The notes below the pieces were generated by a model, which was not told the DNA's origin, did no database searches, and saw only the letters and a program-made list of their open reading frames with translations. From Neoechinorhynchus agilis (taxonomy: Eukaryota; Animalia; Acanthocephala): DNA of 64,000 bases. Both the position numbers and the translations under genes were made by a program. Numbering within the stretch: position 1 is the first letter of the stretch; each line of letters begins with the position of its first letter. Shown piece after piece: positions 22,142-34,640 of this stretch. The stretch is from the NCBI GenBank assembly GCA_051530055.1, contig CM121342.1, positions 2,018,797 through 2,082,796 on the forward strand, read 5' to 3'.

Positions 22142-24602
22142 TGTATTTTTGTTCCTTGTTTAGATTTCGACCATTGATCAAATAAACTATCTAAACCACA
22201 GTAGGTTTAGATAAACGATATCAATCTGAAGACTGATATTGTAATAATCCTGTATTGCAATGTGAGCGGACGTAACAGTTTATTTGACGAATAAACATTC
22301 GATCAGTTTATAATTCTTATAAGCGAACTTAGGTTTTTTTTCAGCATTTGAATGAGATCTTCGAGGTATTTGCTTACGAATTTATTTTGTTTTTAACTAA
22401 CTTACAATAAATGGTTATATATCGCAGTTATCTATTTGCCATTTAACGCAAACAACATCCGAACACAAACTAAAGTGTCCTAAATAACTTCAATGAAAAT
22501 TATGAAAATTATGGACAGCAAAACATTATTGCTTATTTAGTATTTAATTCGAGAAAATATAATCATCAATATATTAAAGCAGAATTAAAATTTAATTTCC
22601 CAGTCGGCATTCGTTCTATATTGTTACGGAATTATGAGTAAACTAGTATTTTTGAGTCATTATTTATTGATTTCGAAGAGGATTGGCCATCGTTCGTCCG
22701 ATAGAAGAATGCTCACTGTAGAGATTATAAACTTTACGACATACTAAATATCATGCACGCCACTTTTAAAACAAAATCTAAGAAACTATACCGGTTGAAA
22801 AAGCCATCAAATAAAAACATCACTTTCAAAATCGACCGCAAACACACAAATAATTTGCTACTTCCAATCCCGTGCATACCAACCCTTCCATATGGTATAG
22901 TTCGATACTTTTGAATTGTAAAATACACCGTACAATGTTATCTAAAGCTACAATTTTTTACTGTCTTCTCCTATTTGTTGGAGTTCGATCATTACCGTAC
23001 ACAATCCACCGAATAAATGATTTTTTGATCGAATATCATCCAAGTCACGTCCGGATTGGGAACGGATTAATTCAGATCAATGAGCCGCTGTTATTTCGTA
23101 TACGGTTACCGGACGAATTGTACAGATTGGGTATCAATGAAGATATTCTAAAAGAATACACAGCACTCCTTCTTTTGGATCGTTTAATTAAACTAGGATT
23201 CATAATGAGAACAGAAATCAGTGGTGCAGCGTATGTCTTTCCAGTTACCGCCACCAAACCACAATTTAATGAAGCTCAATCAATGCTACAAACCGTACTT
23301 GAGCTTGAAGGAATTCCTGTTTCGTTGGAATTATTAAACCCGTCACATGTAACGGTCCCAGTATACCACCACGAACAGATAATTCCTCAATCGCATCATA
23401 GATTCGGAATGCCAAATGATCACACATCGCCCGGTCATATCGAGACAAATTTAAAATTTCCAATTCTGGAGTTCTTATCTTCGCAGCTGAAAAAACCCGG
23501 AATGGACGGTTTGCACCCAGAATCTCATCATTTAATCGGAATGCCAACAGAAGCTTTAACTTTCCAACCAGAGGTTTTCTCTCCTGTAGGGCAAACGAAC
23601 AATGACGTCCAATTTCCAATCTTTGAAAAGTTGATATCGTCTCATCTACACAACACCCAGATAGCAAATGAGCTTCCAACCTCATACAACAATGGATTAC
23701 GATCCAAATCGCATCACAAATGCGGGCGGCCAACTACATTTTCAGATTATAAACCAGAGAAGTTCTCTCCTGATGACCAACTGAATACAAACCTTCAATT
23801 TCCCATTTTCGAAAAGTTGGTGTCATCTCTACTAGAAAAAATCGATATAGCGAATCATCCTCCAGAGAAAGAAGAAGATGGATTTCGGACACAATCGCAC
23901 CAGAAATGCGAGCGGCCAACTACATCTTCAGATTTTAAACCAGAGAAGTTCTCTCTCAATAACCAACTGAATACAAACCTTCAATTTCCCATTTTCGAAA
24001 AGTTGATGTCATCTCCACTAGAAAAAAACGATATAGCGAATCATCCTCCAGAGAAAGAAGATGGATATCGGACACAATCGCATCACAAATGCGGACGACC
24101 AACTGAATCTTTAGACATCAAGGAAGAGAAATTTCCTCCCAATGACAAAATGAGTACAAACTTTCAATTTAGGACCTTCAAGAATTTTCTACCTTCTCAA
24201 GCATTTAAAAATGAACAGGCAAATGAGCATCCACAATCGGACCAAAATGAAGTTTACATGCAATTTCGCGACGAATTCGAGGAACCGAATGAAAGTCTTA
24301 ACTTAAAACCGGAGATTCAGCTTCAGACGGCTTTAGATTTTCAACTGCCAACCACAACAACAGATATACCATTTTTGTTGTTCGAACCATATAACCAAGG
24401 TGTACATCATGATTACGGATTATCGGCTAATCCGGGAGATGTCAAGAGCGAGGTGGTCTTCCGCGAGAAGATTTTGCTTTACTAATTCCTAATTCTCCTT
24501 GGACAATTCCAAAAGTGGAATTCTTAGCTTACTGTAGAAGTCCCTTATTTATTGCCATTCAATAAACATCCGTTTTATTTTTAAGTATTTACTTAAAAAC
24601 CG
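22142..24602 (+). repeat. Right arm of the 2.46-kb inverted duplication
   Basis: Reverse complement of 14155-16614. Confidence 0.95.
22872..24485 (+). CDS. Orphan secreted repeat protein, copy B (identical protein to copy A; likely start 22935)
   Basis: The ORF-track translation is identical to 14271..15884. Confidence 0.8.
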   Translation: MHTNPSIWYSSILLNCKIHRTMLSKATIFYCLLLFVGVRSLPYTIHRINDFLIEYHPSHVRIGNGLIQINEPLLFRIRLPDELYRLGINEDILKEYTALLLLDRLIKLGFIMRTEISGAAYVFPVTATKPQFNEAQSMLQTVLELEGIPVSLELLNPSHVTVPVYHHEQIIPQSHHRFGMPNDHTSPGHIETNLKFPILEFLSSQLKKPGMDGLHPESHHLIGMPTEALTFQPEVFSPVGQTNNDVQFPIFEKLISSHLHNTQIANELPTSYNNGLRSKSHHKCGRPTTFSDYKPEKFSPDDQLNTNLQFPIFEKLVSSLLEKIDIANHPPEKEEDGFRTQSHQKCERPTTSSDFKPEKFSLNNQLNTNLQFPIFEKLMSSPLEKNDIANHPPEKEDGYRTQSHHKCGRPTESLDIKEEKFPPNDKMSTNFQFRTFKNFLPSQAFKNEQANEHPQSDQNEVYMQFRDEFEEPNESLNLKPEIQLQTALDFQLPTTTTDIPFLLFEPYNQGVHHDYGLSANPGDVKSEVVFREKILLY

Positions 24603-24619
24603 CATAGAGCAAGAGTATA

Positions 24620-24830
24620 CTGAGGCGATGCTAAAATTCCGTTAGATGAAGGCACAAGATTGTAAAAGGATTACGGCATGGTGTTAGAATTCTGAAAATT
24701 TCACTTGGGATAGAAGATTTTGCAAAATGATAAATACCAGGAAAGTAGATACGGCGAGATCTGATTCGCTGCCCACATTGCGTCATGACCAACATGTCTT
24801 AGGGCTGGGAGCAAATTGAAATTTGCAGTT
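24620..24830 (+). mobile_element. Highly decayed RTE-like LINE 3' remnant
   Basis: The broken frame contains ..FAAHIA.., resembling the RRLRFAGH motif. The signal is weak. Confidence 0.3.
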
Positions 24831-25444
24831 TCGATCTAGATTGGAAAAGTGTAAACCGTTTGATTTGCTAGTTGTTTAAAACATAAAGATTTTTTTAAGT
24901 GTAAGGACATTGAAACATGAGTAGTATTAATCAGGTTGCTGGCCTAAAAACTTAATGATTAATCACCGTGAGAATTACATTTAATTATAGGAAATCGTGA
25001 AATCTGCATGCCTTGTAACCCTTTCACATAAACTTCTCGAAATGGATGCGTTTTGTTATTTCGCTTCATGTTTTGCCCCGAAAATGTTTAATTTCTTCGT
25101 TAAATTAGGAAATTGATTTGAAATTTCATCGTGCAATTTTTTATACCACACATTCCATAATTTAATTTATTTCCAAGATATTCGAATCGCACGGTGTTCC
25201 GGAATACGAAAATAGCGTGTAAAATTTTAACAATAAAAAAGGAATTCGATTTTTTCAAGGAAGCGAATCGGGGCTTTTTTATTTATGATTTAAAGCTTAT
25301 GCGAAGATTAGAGCTGAATTTGCAGACCGATATATTTGGCTGTGTTTTTGGAGCACTAAAAAAGTTGAAAAGGATATTTTATCTTATGCCTGGCTTGTTG
25401 GTTACATTTTCAGTGTATTTGAAATTAACATAACTTACGCGGCA

Positions 25445-25798
25445 GATTATTTTTCCCTGGAACACAGTCCACCGATATTATTCGGGGAAGTGCATTGAAT
25501 CTACATCCCTCCGGATCTCCATAGTTGTGTCGAGATTGTTCTAGTGGACTTGAACCCCATGTCCTGTTTTGGGGGTAAAAATGTTCAAAATCCATTTGCA
25601 CCGATGATGCACAACCAAAGTGGACGAAATACTGCTAAAGATAGGAGAAACTCACTGATGAGTCCCGCCATTTCGTGAGGTATTTGAGAATCCGGAGGGA
25701 TGTACTAACTCATAACCGCGTATGATTTAGGATATTAAGTGTTATTTTATGCGCTTCCCTGAACCAGATCAGGGGTTTTTGTTCCAAAGATAATAATC
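25445..25798 (+). ncRNA. About 355-nt self-complementary element enclosing hammerhead core sequences
   Basis: Nested stems: 25445-51/25792-98, 25458-63/25781-86, a 15-bp stem 25481-95/25749-63, and a perfect 15-bp stem 25502-16/25690-704. Inside is CCGATGA..GTGGAC-GAAA-TAC..CTGATGA-GTCC. Confidence 0.6.
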
Positions 25799-26599
25799 AG
25801 CTTCAAATATTGTGAATTCTTTTAAAGCCACTTTAACATTTCCAAAACATTTTTTGTCTTAGGAGGAGTCTCGATTGGCACTAGTTTCTTCATTATTGAT
25901 TATTTAAGCATCACTTGATGACAAATTTTTTGTATAGGCAACCTATCAAAAATGAAAATATTTATTTACCATGTGATTCAAGTTCGCTTTGCCGTGAACT
26001 ATATTTTCAAGTATTTAATCACAGCGAATTCTCTTGGGTGAATAAGTTTTGTCTAATCAATATTCTTTTAATTATCGATTGTTGTCTTTCCGCAGTGAAT
26101 ATAATATTTTTTATTAAAATGTTGCCTTAAATTTATCAAATATTTACGGCTTTTTCGTACTCATTTACTTTTTGTCAAATGCTTAAATTATGTTTGCATT
26201 TAAAGAATACTTATCGTTCACATCATCACCATTTGAATTATTTTGCAAAATTATTTATGCTATTTTTAATACGACTTATTTTTACATTACAAGGGACTAC
26301 CTTTTTTCTTCATTATTGTTTTGAACGTAATCATTAACTGCTTCAAAGTTTCAGAATTGGAAACACTATCTAACCTAGCAATAAAATAAAATGAGTAGTT
26401 TTATCCTCGCATGATAAATCCCATTACATTTCCCAAAACTCATCTAAGATGATCTCACGTATTTTCTCACTCGCAAGACTTAAAAACAGAGTTAAAGTGA
26501 TGGAAACACGAAATGTATCACAATAAAGAAATATCAAATCCACGAAGCAGTAATTAGCACCGAAACCTGCATAGAACAAAGATTTCCCTCAGAATTTAT

Positions 26600-27120
26600 T
26601 TCGATCTGCGAGTGGACTTGGCTGGGGGCTATTTTTCATCTGAAAGTTTCCCGTTCCTTTCAAAATCGACTCTGTGATACATTAGAAACAGCGAAGAAAA
26701 AAGCGCCACGTTTTTGCAGTGTCACAAACGGCACTTCGCAAAATGGCATAGAAATTGAGATTTACAGGCATTCTGGCCCGCGGGATCCTGATGGGGGTGG
26801 TAATCCGAAAGGAAAAGATATGCTTAGAGGAAAGGAGCATGTTTTGTGAGACCCCTGAGCATCGAGTCAACAAGGAAAACTTCATCCTTAGATTGAACAA
26901 GTCTGGCGACTCTCACGATTACTCATTCCGGCGTATCTTACACACACATCTCACAAATCGGAGGATTGTCGCCTATTCGCTAGGATGGAGAAACTTTAGG
27001 ATAAAAATATAGGCAGCTAAAAATTCTTCAACACGGAAACCGACGTCTGAGAGACACTATTAAATAATGGCAAATCCATCTCGTGTAAAAATGCTTAGCA
27101 AACGGTTCCTGCAATGTCCT
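26600..27120 (+). mobile_element. Decayed RTE-like LINE post-RT region
   Basis: MFCETPEHR..LNKSGDSHDYSFRRILHTHLTNRR and HGNRRLRDTIK resemble the LYGCETW..H.RCLRRIL..GRP..R..D region of RTE elements. Confidence 0.45.
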
Positions 27121-27189
27121 AGGGAAATTCAACGGCAAGTGACGTATTGAAAGCTCAAAAACAAGCTACGAGGAAATTGGAAAAACTTA

Positions 27190-27270
27190 CTGGCAAAATG
27201 ATGATGAACCCGACGATGTTCGCAACGTCTTTAATAAAACATTATTTACCGGGGGAATATCTAAACAATA
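27190..27270 (+). repeat. Degenerate minimal HHR / pLTR remnant
   Basis: aaa-ATGATGA-T-GAAC ccgacgat GTTC-GCA-ACGT-C-ttt, with a 4-bp stem II, an ACGT palindrome and a GUC site. It is paralogous to 10565-10640. Confidence 0.55.
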
Positions 27271-28884
27271 CTTCTAATCATATACCCGCGGCTCTCGGAC
27301 CTTTAAATCGTTTTGGTCTATTTTTTAGGAATTTTTACTTAAATTTTTAGTTACTCTTTTTCAGGAATCGGAGCCCTCCCCATTCTCTATTCTTTTGACA
27401 CTTATGATTGCTTCATTCCCCCTGCAGCTTTTCGGCCATAATGGTTTTGCTAGAGACTCGCAAGCCTTCATTCGCAAGTGGTAGCTACCTAAACTTCGTT
27501 TCCATGTATGGACTGAAGATTTTGTTGATTTTTGCATGTTATGACTTGTATTGAAGTCTAAGACGCATATTCGTGTAATCTTTATGTTGTTTCCAGCAGA
27601 GTGCTATTTTCATTAACACAGGTTTGAACTGATTATCCAATTAGTCACCGGATTTTGATCTGGATGATTTTAACTCGCAAGGTTTAACGTTCTTAACAAA
27701 AAATCTGCCGCCTATCACATTGTGCTACCGGAAAAACCATTTCTACATCTACGCTAAAAAAGCTTTCGGTATATCACCTACACAGAAAACATAATTAAAT
27801 GCTGGATTCAAGAGGGATTCATTAGATATATTGATTTTTAATTTTTTATAGCGTTTCTGATCATAAAAATGTGATTGCTTGTGAAGGTTGCGTTCCTTGT
27901 AGTTTTAAAACTTAAATTACCATTGTTGAAACTAAACGTAAAAGTACAAGAACTGTGCATACCGATCAATATATTTTTCGGTCAAAAATATTAATAATTT
28001 ACGTTGCTAATTACAGGTGAGACCCATTGCTATTGGTTGTATATCCGCCGGTTAGCTGCCATGATTGCATGCAAAATTGCATCTCCTTTGCTGTTTGACG
28101 AGGTCCTACCATCTCTACTCCATTTTAGTGTTCCAGGAGGAGTAGAGGCAATTGTGAGCTCTTGACCTTATTACTACTCATAGCCGGTTGTTACGACAGC
28201 GGCTCAATATTTGACGAAATGTGATAACGAGTTTCACAGGACGATCCTTTCGGCCCTCTTCAGTTCTCACATTATATCAATGAGCTAGGTTACAGCCTTT
28301 CGTCACCATTAACCATTTGGTATTTAGACGACTGCCGCATAAAATGATCTATCACTGCTGTGCTTGGCTATGGTTGCTTCCAAGGTTCGAAAAATGCGAG
28401 ATCGTCGCAAATAGACGCTTCAATAATACTTTCTCTCTGAGAGGTTTTGGTGTTCTACGCGCGGCAGAAATAGCAATCCCAGTCTTTAACTCATCCGTGT
28501 CCCGAACAAGCCGCTCAACCTCGATGATTTTGCCGGCATTCTTATCCGACCGTTCAATAATTAAAGATCAATAGTGCCGAATCGCCCCTTAAACTGATGA
28601 ACTGGCTGTCCCAACGGATATATCAATACAAAAATGTTGGTTATACCATTTCGGTCTTAGAAGGAATTCCGAAACCTCATTTGTCCCTGTGACGAGCCCA
28701 AAGAACGAGCACGCCAAATCGCGGCCGCAACCGAATGGTCCGGTGGTTTTTTTAACGTTTCACCAATCTCGTAGATTGGTACTAAAATGGATGACTGCTC
28801 CTTTAGTCTCGCTTAGGAATTAGGCCCAGGCGTGGCTTGCACAACCATTGCGGCATGGAAGCGCTGTGTCAAGACCGACGGCAC

Positions 28885-28990
28885 TTTACAATTGACTGAA
28901 GAAGGCCAACGAAAAGGCCGGAAATTTTCAAGATAAATCTATTTTCTTAATAAAACATCGCTAATTGAAACTGAAACTATAATGAATAAT
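28885..28990 (+). repeat. Third copy of the 11.5-kb palindrome arm (HHR with A13->G), inserted in CRE debris
   Basis: caattga-CTGAAGA-A-GGCC aacgaaaa GGCC-GGAAATTTTCAAG-ataaatctatttt..cgctaattgaaactgaaac. Confidence 0.85.
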
Positions 28991-29820
28991 TTCTTTACAA
29001 TGTCCCTAAACGACAGCCAAGCACAATTGTCACAGCATAGTGAATACTCGAATACGAACGATTATGGTCTCTCATCGAGCCGGTCGATTAAAGCGGAGAT
29101 GCCAGAAAAGACCGGGCAGCGCATCAACATTTCCGCTGGAAAAGAGGTCGTCCCCTTGGGACTACTGCCGAATACGTCTGCGACGAGCAAATGGTCCCTT
29201 GCAGTTTCAGGGGCCAGTAAAGTGGTGAAAAGGGCGGAAGATCGAAAAACAAAAATACAAATGCATCGATTCGTCGATTCTACAATTTCCAACTTTTCAC
29301 CATTGAGACAATTGGTGCCTTCGGACTGAGCACCGCAGAATTTCTAACAAAGGTTGTAAAATTGTTAATCACAACAAAAAGGAACCCCGTGTAGCCCACT
29401 ATTTATCGGAGAATAAGCTTTGCGATTCAGAAAGGGAATACTGGGTGCATCCTCGAAGCAATGGAGGATAAACATGTTCCGCCGTTTCCATCGATACTTT
29501 TATAGATTATTTGCGAACTTAATGCGCCCAACATCCTAGAACGGAGCGATCTTTGCCGATTCGATGGCCGTAGACCGGACGGTGTCACAGTACTCCCACG
29601 GCGAGGGACCCGAAAATTATACGTTTTGGAATTGAAGGCTTTATGTTTATTTTTCTTGCGGTTACCGATTTTCCTCCAGGAAAGAACTTGAGGCTGTTTG
29701 GATTTGGCGTCTCTTCCGTTCGAACGAACATTGAACGAACCTGTGGTTTTCCCACTGAGGATCCAAGAAGACTTTGATTGAAGACGATCTCAAGTGTTCA
29801 AAGACAACGAGTACGGATTC

Positions 29821-30055
29821 GAAGACGACGGACGAGGCTTTATCCACCGGCGGCGGATCGCCAACTCTGAGCACTCGGCCTAAGTGAAAATCCGTTCTTC
29901 TGAGCACTGCTTCAGCGCAACGGCCAAGTAAACGGACTACGGATCCGAAGACGACAGACGAGGCTTTATCCACCGGCGGCGGATCGCCAACTCTGAGCAC
30001 TCGGCCTAAGCGAAAATCCGTTCTTCTGAGCACTGCTTCAGCGTAACGGCCAATT
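29821..30055 (+). repeat. 126-bp direct tandem duplication (about 2 copies)
   Basis: gaagacgac recurs at 29821 and 29947. The minus-strand ORF shows a 42-aa repeat. Confidence 0.9.
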
Positions 30056-30559
30056 CGTTCCTTTTGACGTCGCGACACTCGGGTCATTTGGTACTGCGGC
30101 GCATGACCTGGTCAAGCAAATGTTCAAGAGATTGAGACGAATCACTGGCGATCCGAGATCAGAAGCATCCCCCTGCAAAACATTACTCTGACTGTGCAAC
30201 GGGGGAATTCTGCATCCGTCCTTTCGACCGCTACACCAGGGCGGCAGCTCAGTGATCCAGAGCAGTTGCGTTAATGACTTCTGCTCCGAGATTAAGTGAA
30301 CCTTTTTAAGAAATCCCAATTAAATAAAGTCCCGGTTTTTAAAAGAATTTATAAAGTATTAAAAACCCATTTTTGCCGCATAGTTTCTGGATTGCTGAAA
30401 TTTCGAGCAAGCGTTTTAGCCCAAGCAGCGATCATACAAGAACGAATGAATTTTACGAGATTGTATATGTTTTAAAACCGTATCCCAAAAAATAGTTATA
30501 CATAAATTGCGTTTATTATACAATTTGCCATTAAATTATGTAAAACAACATGTTCCACT

Positions 30560-33155
30560 TTAATTTTTACCCGGACGAATCGCATCGAATGCATCCGCTA
30601 TCGCATTCAGTTCTCTGCATGTATTTAAAGCATTCGTGAGATATTGATCTTCGAATAGTGACGGTTTTGGAGGTTTAGAATGTGTACCAATGGCTGTGAT
30701 CTTTCTTTGAGGAGGTTTTCCAATGAAGTTGTGTTTTGATCTTGATTTAACATACAATTGAATTTTTTTGGCAATGTTGCATTGCTCTTAGGACCCAAAG
30801 TTTGCCCGGCGATATTCGAAAATGGCATATTCGTACCGACTGGATCGTCACCTCTTAGTTCATCTATTTCTGAGTTTCCTATTCTCCAATTTAAAAGACG
30901 GCGTATCATCCGTTCAAAAAGCCTGAGTCTATGTTGATCACGATTATTCGCATCTTCAAAATCCTTTGTTTGCTTGCACATTTGGGACTTTAGTTCTTTT
31001 TGTGATTGCTCCAAGACTGTCACCTTTCTTGTACAGCGGCCAACATGATCTTCCAAATCTTTGTTCCTTTTTAAAAGCTTGTTTTTCTCAAGTTTGTTCT
31101 TCTTTAGTTCTTCAATCATTTGATTATTTAACTTCTTCATCATTTCCCATTGCTCGTGAGCGTAAACCGAAACGTTTTCACGAAGTTCCGCCTTCAATTT
31201 GCTAATTTCACTGTCTTGCGTCTGAATAATTATTGAACGATTTTGATTTTCGCTTAAAGCGCAATCAAACTTCCTTTGAATGGTTTCCACTTTTTCTAAC
31301 AATTCTCCATTTTGCACAAGGAGATTTTCTAACTTCATGGAACTTTCTGCTAGTTTCGTCTTCTTCTCTCTTAATTCCTTATTAAGAGATTCGGATTTTG
31401 TTTTGAGATCACAGATCTCAGATTGAGCATTTCCCAAGCAACCCTGAAGTCTCAGATTTTCTTCTTTGCTTTCCATAGGTCGTGTATTTTCCTCGAAATT
31501 CCTCGACTGTTCCAAATGTTCGAGTTTTCCCATAATGTTTTGAAGTTTTAGTTCAAGTGATTGCTTATCAGTTTTCCATTTTATTTCCTTCTGTGAAAAC
31601 TGTTCTACTCTTTTTGCGGCCATGTCTGTTTCTGCTCTCAATTTAGCTTCAACTTCTGCAATTTGCCGATCTCTCGATTTCCTTTCAATTTGATTTTGGT
31701 CGTTGATTTCCTTTAGTTGATTTAATTTAGCCTTAAGGTCATTTATCAGTTGACCGTTAGCCTTGAGCTCGATAACCATTTCTTCATTCCGCTTTATAAC
31801 TTTTTCTAAATGTTTTTCCGATTCCGATGAACCTTGTACCTTCGCATCAAATTTCTCATTTGCCCCTTTAAGGGATCTCTCAAGATTAATTATTTTCCAC
31901 TGGCTTTCATCAATACGACATTGGATCTCCCGTTCCGTTTTTTACAAATTGATTTCCTTTTCTCGCTGAGCAGACGAAAGTTTCGTTTTTAAATCCCGAT
32001 TTTCCTTCGTCATTTCCTCTAATTCTGAAGATAGCGTTGCACACTTCTTGTTTTTCTGCTCAATTTCATATTCATTAATTTTCTGCTTTTTAGTCAGTAC
32101 TGAAATTTTAGCATTAAGGTCATTGTTTTGATTTGATACCTCCTTCAGTCTGCGTTTGTTGTCAATCAAATGATTCTCTTTCTCATTCAAACTTTCTAAT
32201 ATTTCCTTTTGGTATTCCTGCAATTTCATCACCTCCTCTTGCGCGTCTTCTGCGAACGATTTAAGCTCATTTTCTTTTTTCGATAAATCAGCATTCGTAC
32301 TTTTCGCAAGTCTTAAATCCTCCTTCAAGTTAGCATTCTGTTTTGCTAACTCTGTAATCCTCATATTTTGGTCTGAACACTTTTTGTCCCTTTCCTCAAA
32401 ATCGTTTTCTATCTTTCTCGTGATCATTCTCAGCTTTACAATTTGTGCGTTTATTTCATCGTTTTACGCGGATATTTCTTTTAGCCTGCGATTCGTGTCC
32501 TCTAGCAGCATTTCCTTCTCACTTAGCTCCTCCTTCAGCATTTTGCATTGGGAATCAATATCTCGGATAGGGGACAAACGACTTTCTGTTTGAGGCTTTG
32601 TTTCTTGTTTTCGAAAATTATCTATATTCACATTTTTATTGTTTGTACTCTTGGAAGCCCTTTCTATATGCTTACTCCAACCGAAAGGCTCGTCAACCGA
32701 TTCATATTTTCCGAGCGGATCGCCTCCGTTTTCAATACATTGTGTGCCATTTAATAGGTCGGGACTTTTAATTGACTCTTTCTTGCCGTCGTTGCTTCCC
32801 TTGCCATTTGAATGCTCAGTTTCCTTTTTTTCCTTTGGTTTCTCTAGCGCAGTGGATTGACCATTTTCGCTGTTCTGAATAGCAACAATCAGATCCGACA
32901 AAGATGAGTAAGGGCAATTTTTATCGTATGAGTTTCCGTCTTCACTAGCAAGGATATTGTTTATTGTTGTTTTCCGGTCTTTGTCTCCATCGAACAACAA
33001 TGCTGACAAAAGGCAAGTGAGTGTCGTTTGGTCGCTCTGGTTCAATCGTGTACACATTTGTAAAAAAAATCACTTACAGAAGGCGTTGACAGTCCGTAGC
33101 AGTAAAAGCTCAAAATCAAGGAAGCGCGCCCCAATAGTTCTAATGGTTTAATTTT
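30560..33155 (-). pseudogene. Long coiled-coil protein gene, copy 1 (nonsense codons, 5' end replaced by a PLE fragment)
   Basis: ORFs 32464..33057, 31942..32427 and 30625..31779 are collinear with copy 2. It has TAA at positions where copy 2 has CAA or TCA. Confidence 0.8.
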
Positions 33156-33164
33156 GTTCGAGTG

Positions 33165-33790
33165 GAGAAAGTAATTAAATTAAATTAAATTAAATATTTC
33201 GATCCTCTATCTCGGATCTTCTTCAGTATCTGAAAAACACAAACAGGGATTGTCAATCACTTAGTGTCTAATAATATCCGGCGGAAGTCTCAATCTCAGC
33301 TTGAAATCCGACTTGTTGCCATTGAACGTTTCGAAAGCATCTATGTAGAGGGCTTCCACGATAATTCGATCGAAACGACAATCGTTGCAAACGAGGGTAG
33401 TCGCACCACTAAAATCGATAGTGTGCCCTGTGTTTTTTGCATGGGTCACCACTGCGGAACTGATGTCCGTATTACGTGCAATTGATGACCTGTGCTCGTT
33501 CATTCCTGTTCGCAACCGGAACACGGAATTCGGTAGACCGCACCAGATGAGTGTTGGCCATTCTTGGGACATATCAGTCCATGTAGAGTGCGTCCCCTCT
33601 TAGTGAATGCATCTACTCGCTTGGCCTCACATCCCGATTTGCGATCATCAGGAAATGGCAGCTCGACAAACATCGCTTCCTTTGTTGACTTCGTTTCCTT
33701 GTTGAAGGTGTGGCGTACATTCCGAATGCACCGTTCAACAAGATGGAGTGGATAGCCCTAGGCTGTGTAATGAGGAGATTGACTTCCTGA
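33165..33790 (-). mobile_element. Penelope-like element 3' part (GIY-YIG C-half) with downstream hammerhead (33191-33230) and (TTAAA)n tail
   Basis: FRLRTGMNEHR..SAVVTHAKNTGHTIDF..RIIVEALYI, then cagata-CTGAAGA-A-GATCC gagataga GGATC-GAA-ATAT-T-ta. Confidence 0.85.
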
Positions 33791-34009
33791 AATACCTATC
33801 AGGTCGATATGGCTATGATTAGAAGTTTGATTTACTGATTGTGTTCAAAATTACGATTTTAAATTTATGTCCGTTTGTTGCTTGAGTATACGCTTTAAAC
33901 CGTAAGTCACGATAATCAAGCAGTTAATTTTATTTACAGACTTTATTGCAGATTTCATATAGAGGCAACGTACGAATCCACGATTTGCATAAGAAGGCTA
34001 ATGCAAAAG

Positions 34010-34640
34010 TCGACGGTAGCTTCAATTCGAAATTTATAAAAAGGTTTTTGGATCATGCTTTTATGAATAGTTTTCTGACGTTAAAAGTGACTTGACAATT
34101 TATAAAATCCTTCGCTTTGTGGTACTAATTCAGAATATTTTTGTATTCGGTTTGTCGCTAACAGCAATTGGGCTTTAAATCTGCTCAGCGCACTATCGTT
34201 TCTTTTAAAATGTTCCAACCAAGCGACACTTGCGTGTCTTTTTTTTAGCACTGTTGTTTAATGGAGACAAAGACAGGAAAACCACAATTTACACTGTGCT
34301 TGCAAGTCAATTTTCTAAACGTTGCACTTTGAATAAAAAAAGGAATATAGATTTTTTAAGAAAATGTGAAAATTATTTCGTTCTGCTTAAAGATATAAAC
34401 TTTTTGAAATGAAAGAGTTACTTTGAAATAGAAAGGTGCACTTTTGATTTCGAGTAGAAGAGAAATACGCCTTTGTTCGCCCATTCATTTTGAACTTTTT
34501 CTGTTGTTGTTGATTGGATATGACATTTGTGGATATCCCAGCATTAGCTAACTGATCGACCAGATCACAAATCTATTGTATGAAATCAAATGCCAAAATA
34601 TTAGGATATTCTTCGAGCGATAAATAGGTAACATACAAGA
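34010..34640 (+). repeat. Plus-strand stub of the coiled-coil family with upstream flank, duplicated at 55035-55690
   Basis: Direct match to 55035-55690. It encodes a FLALLFNGDKDRKTTI motif homologous to LSALLFDGDKDRKTTI of copies 1 and 2. A further shared block is 34925-35070 = 55695-55815. Confidence 0.8.

Larger units (their letters stand above)
28015..30265 (+). mobile_element. Cluster of internally deleted CRE-type LINE fragments
   Basis: RPIAIG, DPFGPL..WYLDD, GFGVLRAAEIAIP, and repeated RLE segments (aacatcctagaacggagcgatc..ccggacggtgtc; ctcgggtcatttggtac..agtgatccagagc). Confidence 0.75.

Noticed and set aside
27147-27350. ORF MMNPTMFATSLIKHYLPGEYLNNTS and its paralog at 10.57 kb as a BEN/DUF4806-like exon
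   Set aside because: The shared nucleotides coincide with a hammerhead-like motif (TGATGA..GAAC/GTTC..ACGTC), which explains the homology better than coding conservation does.
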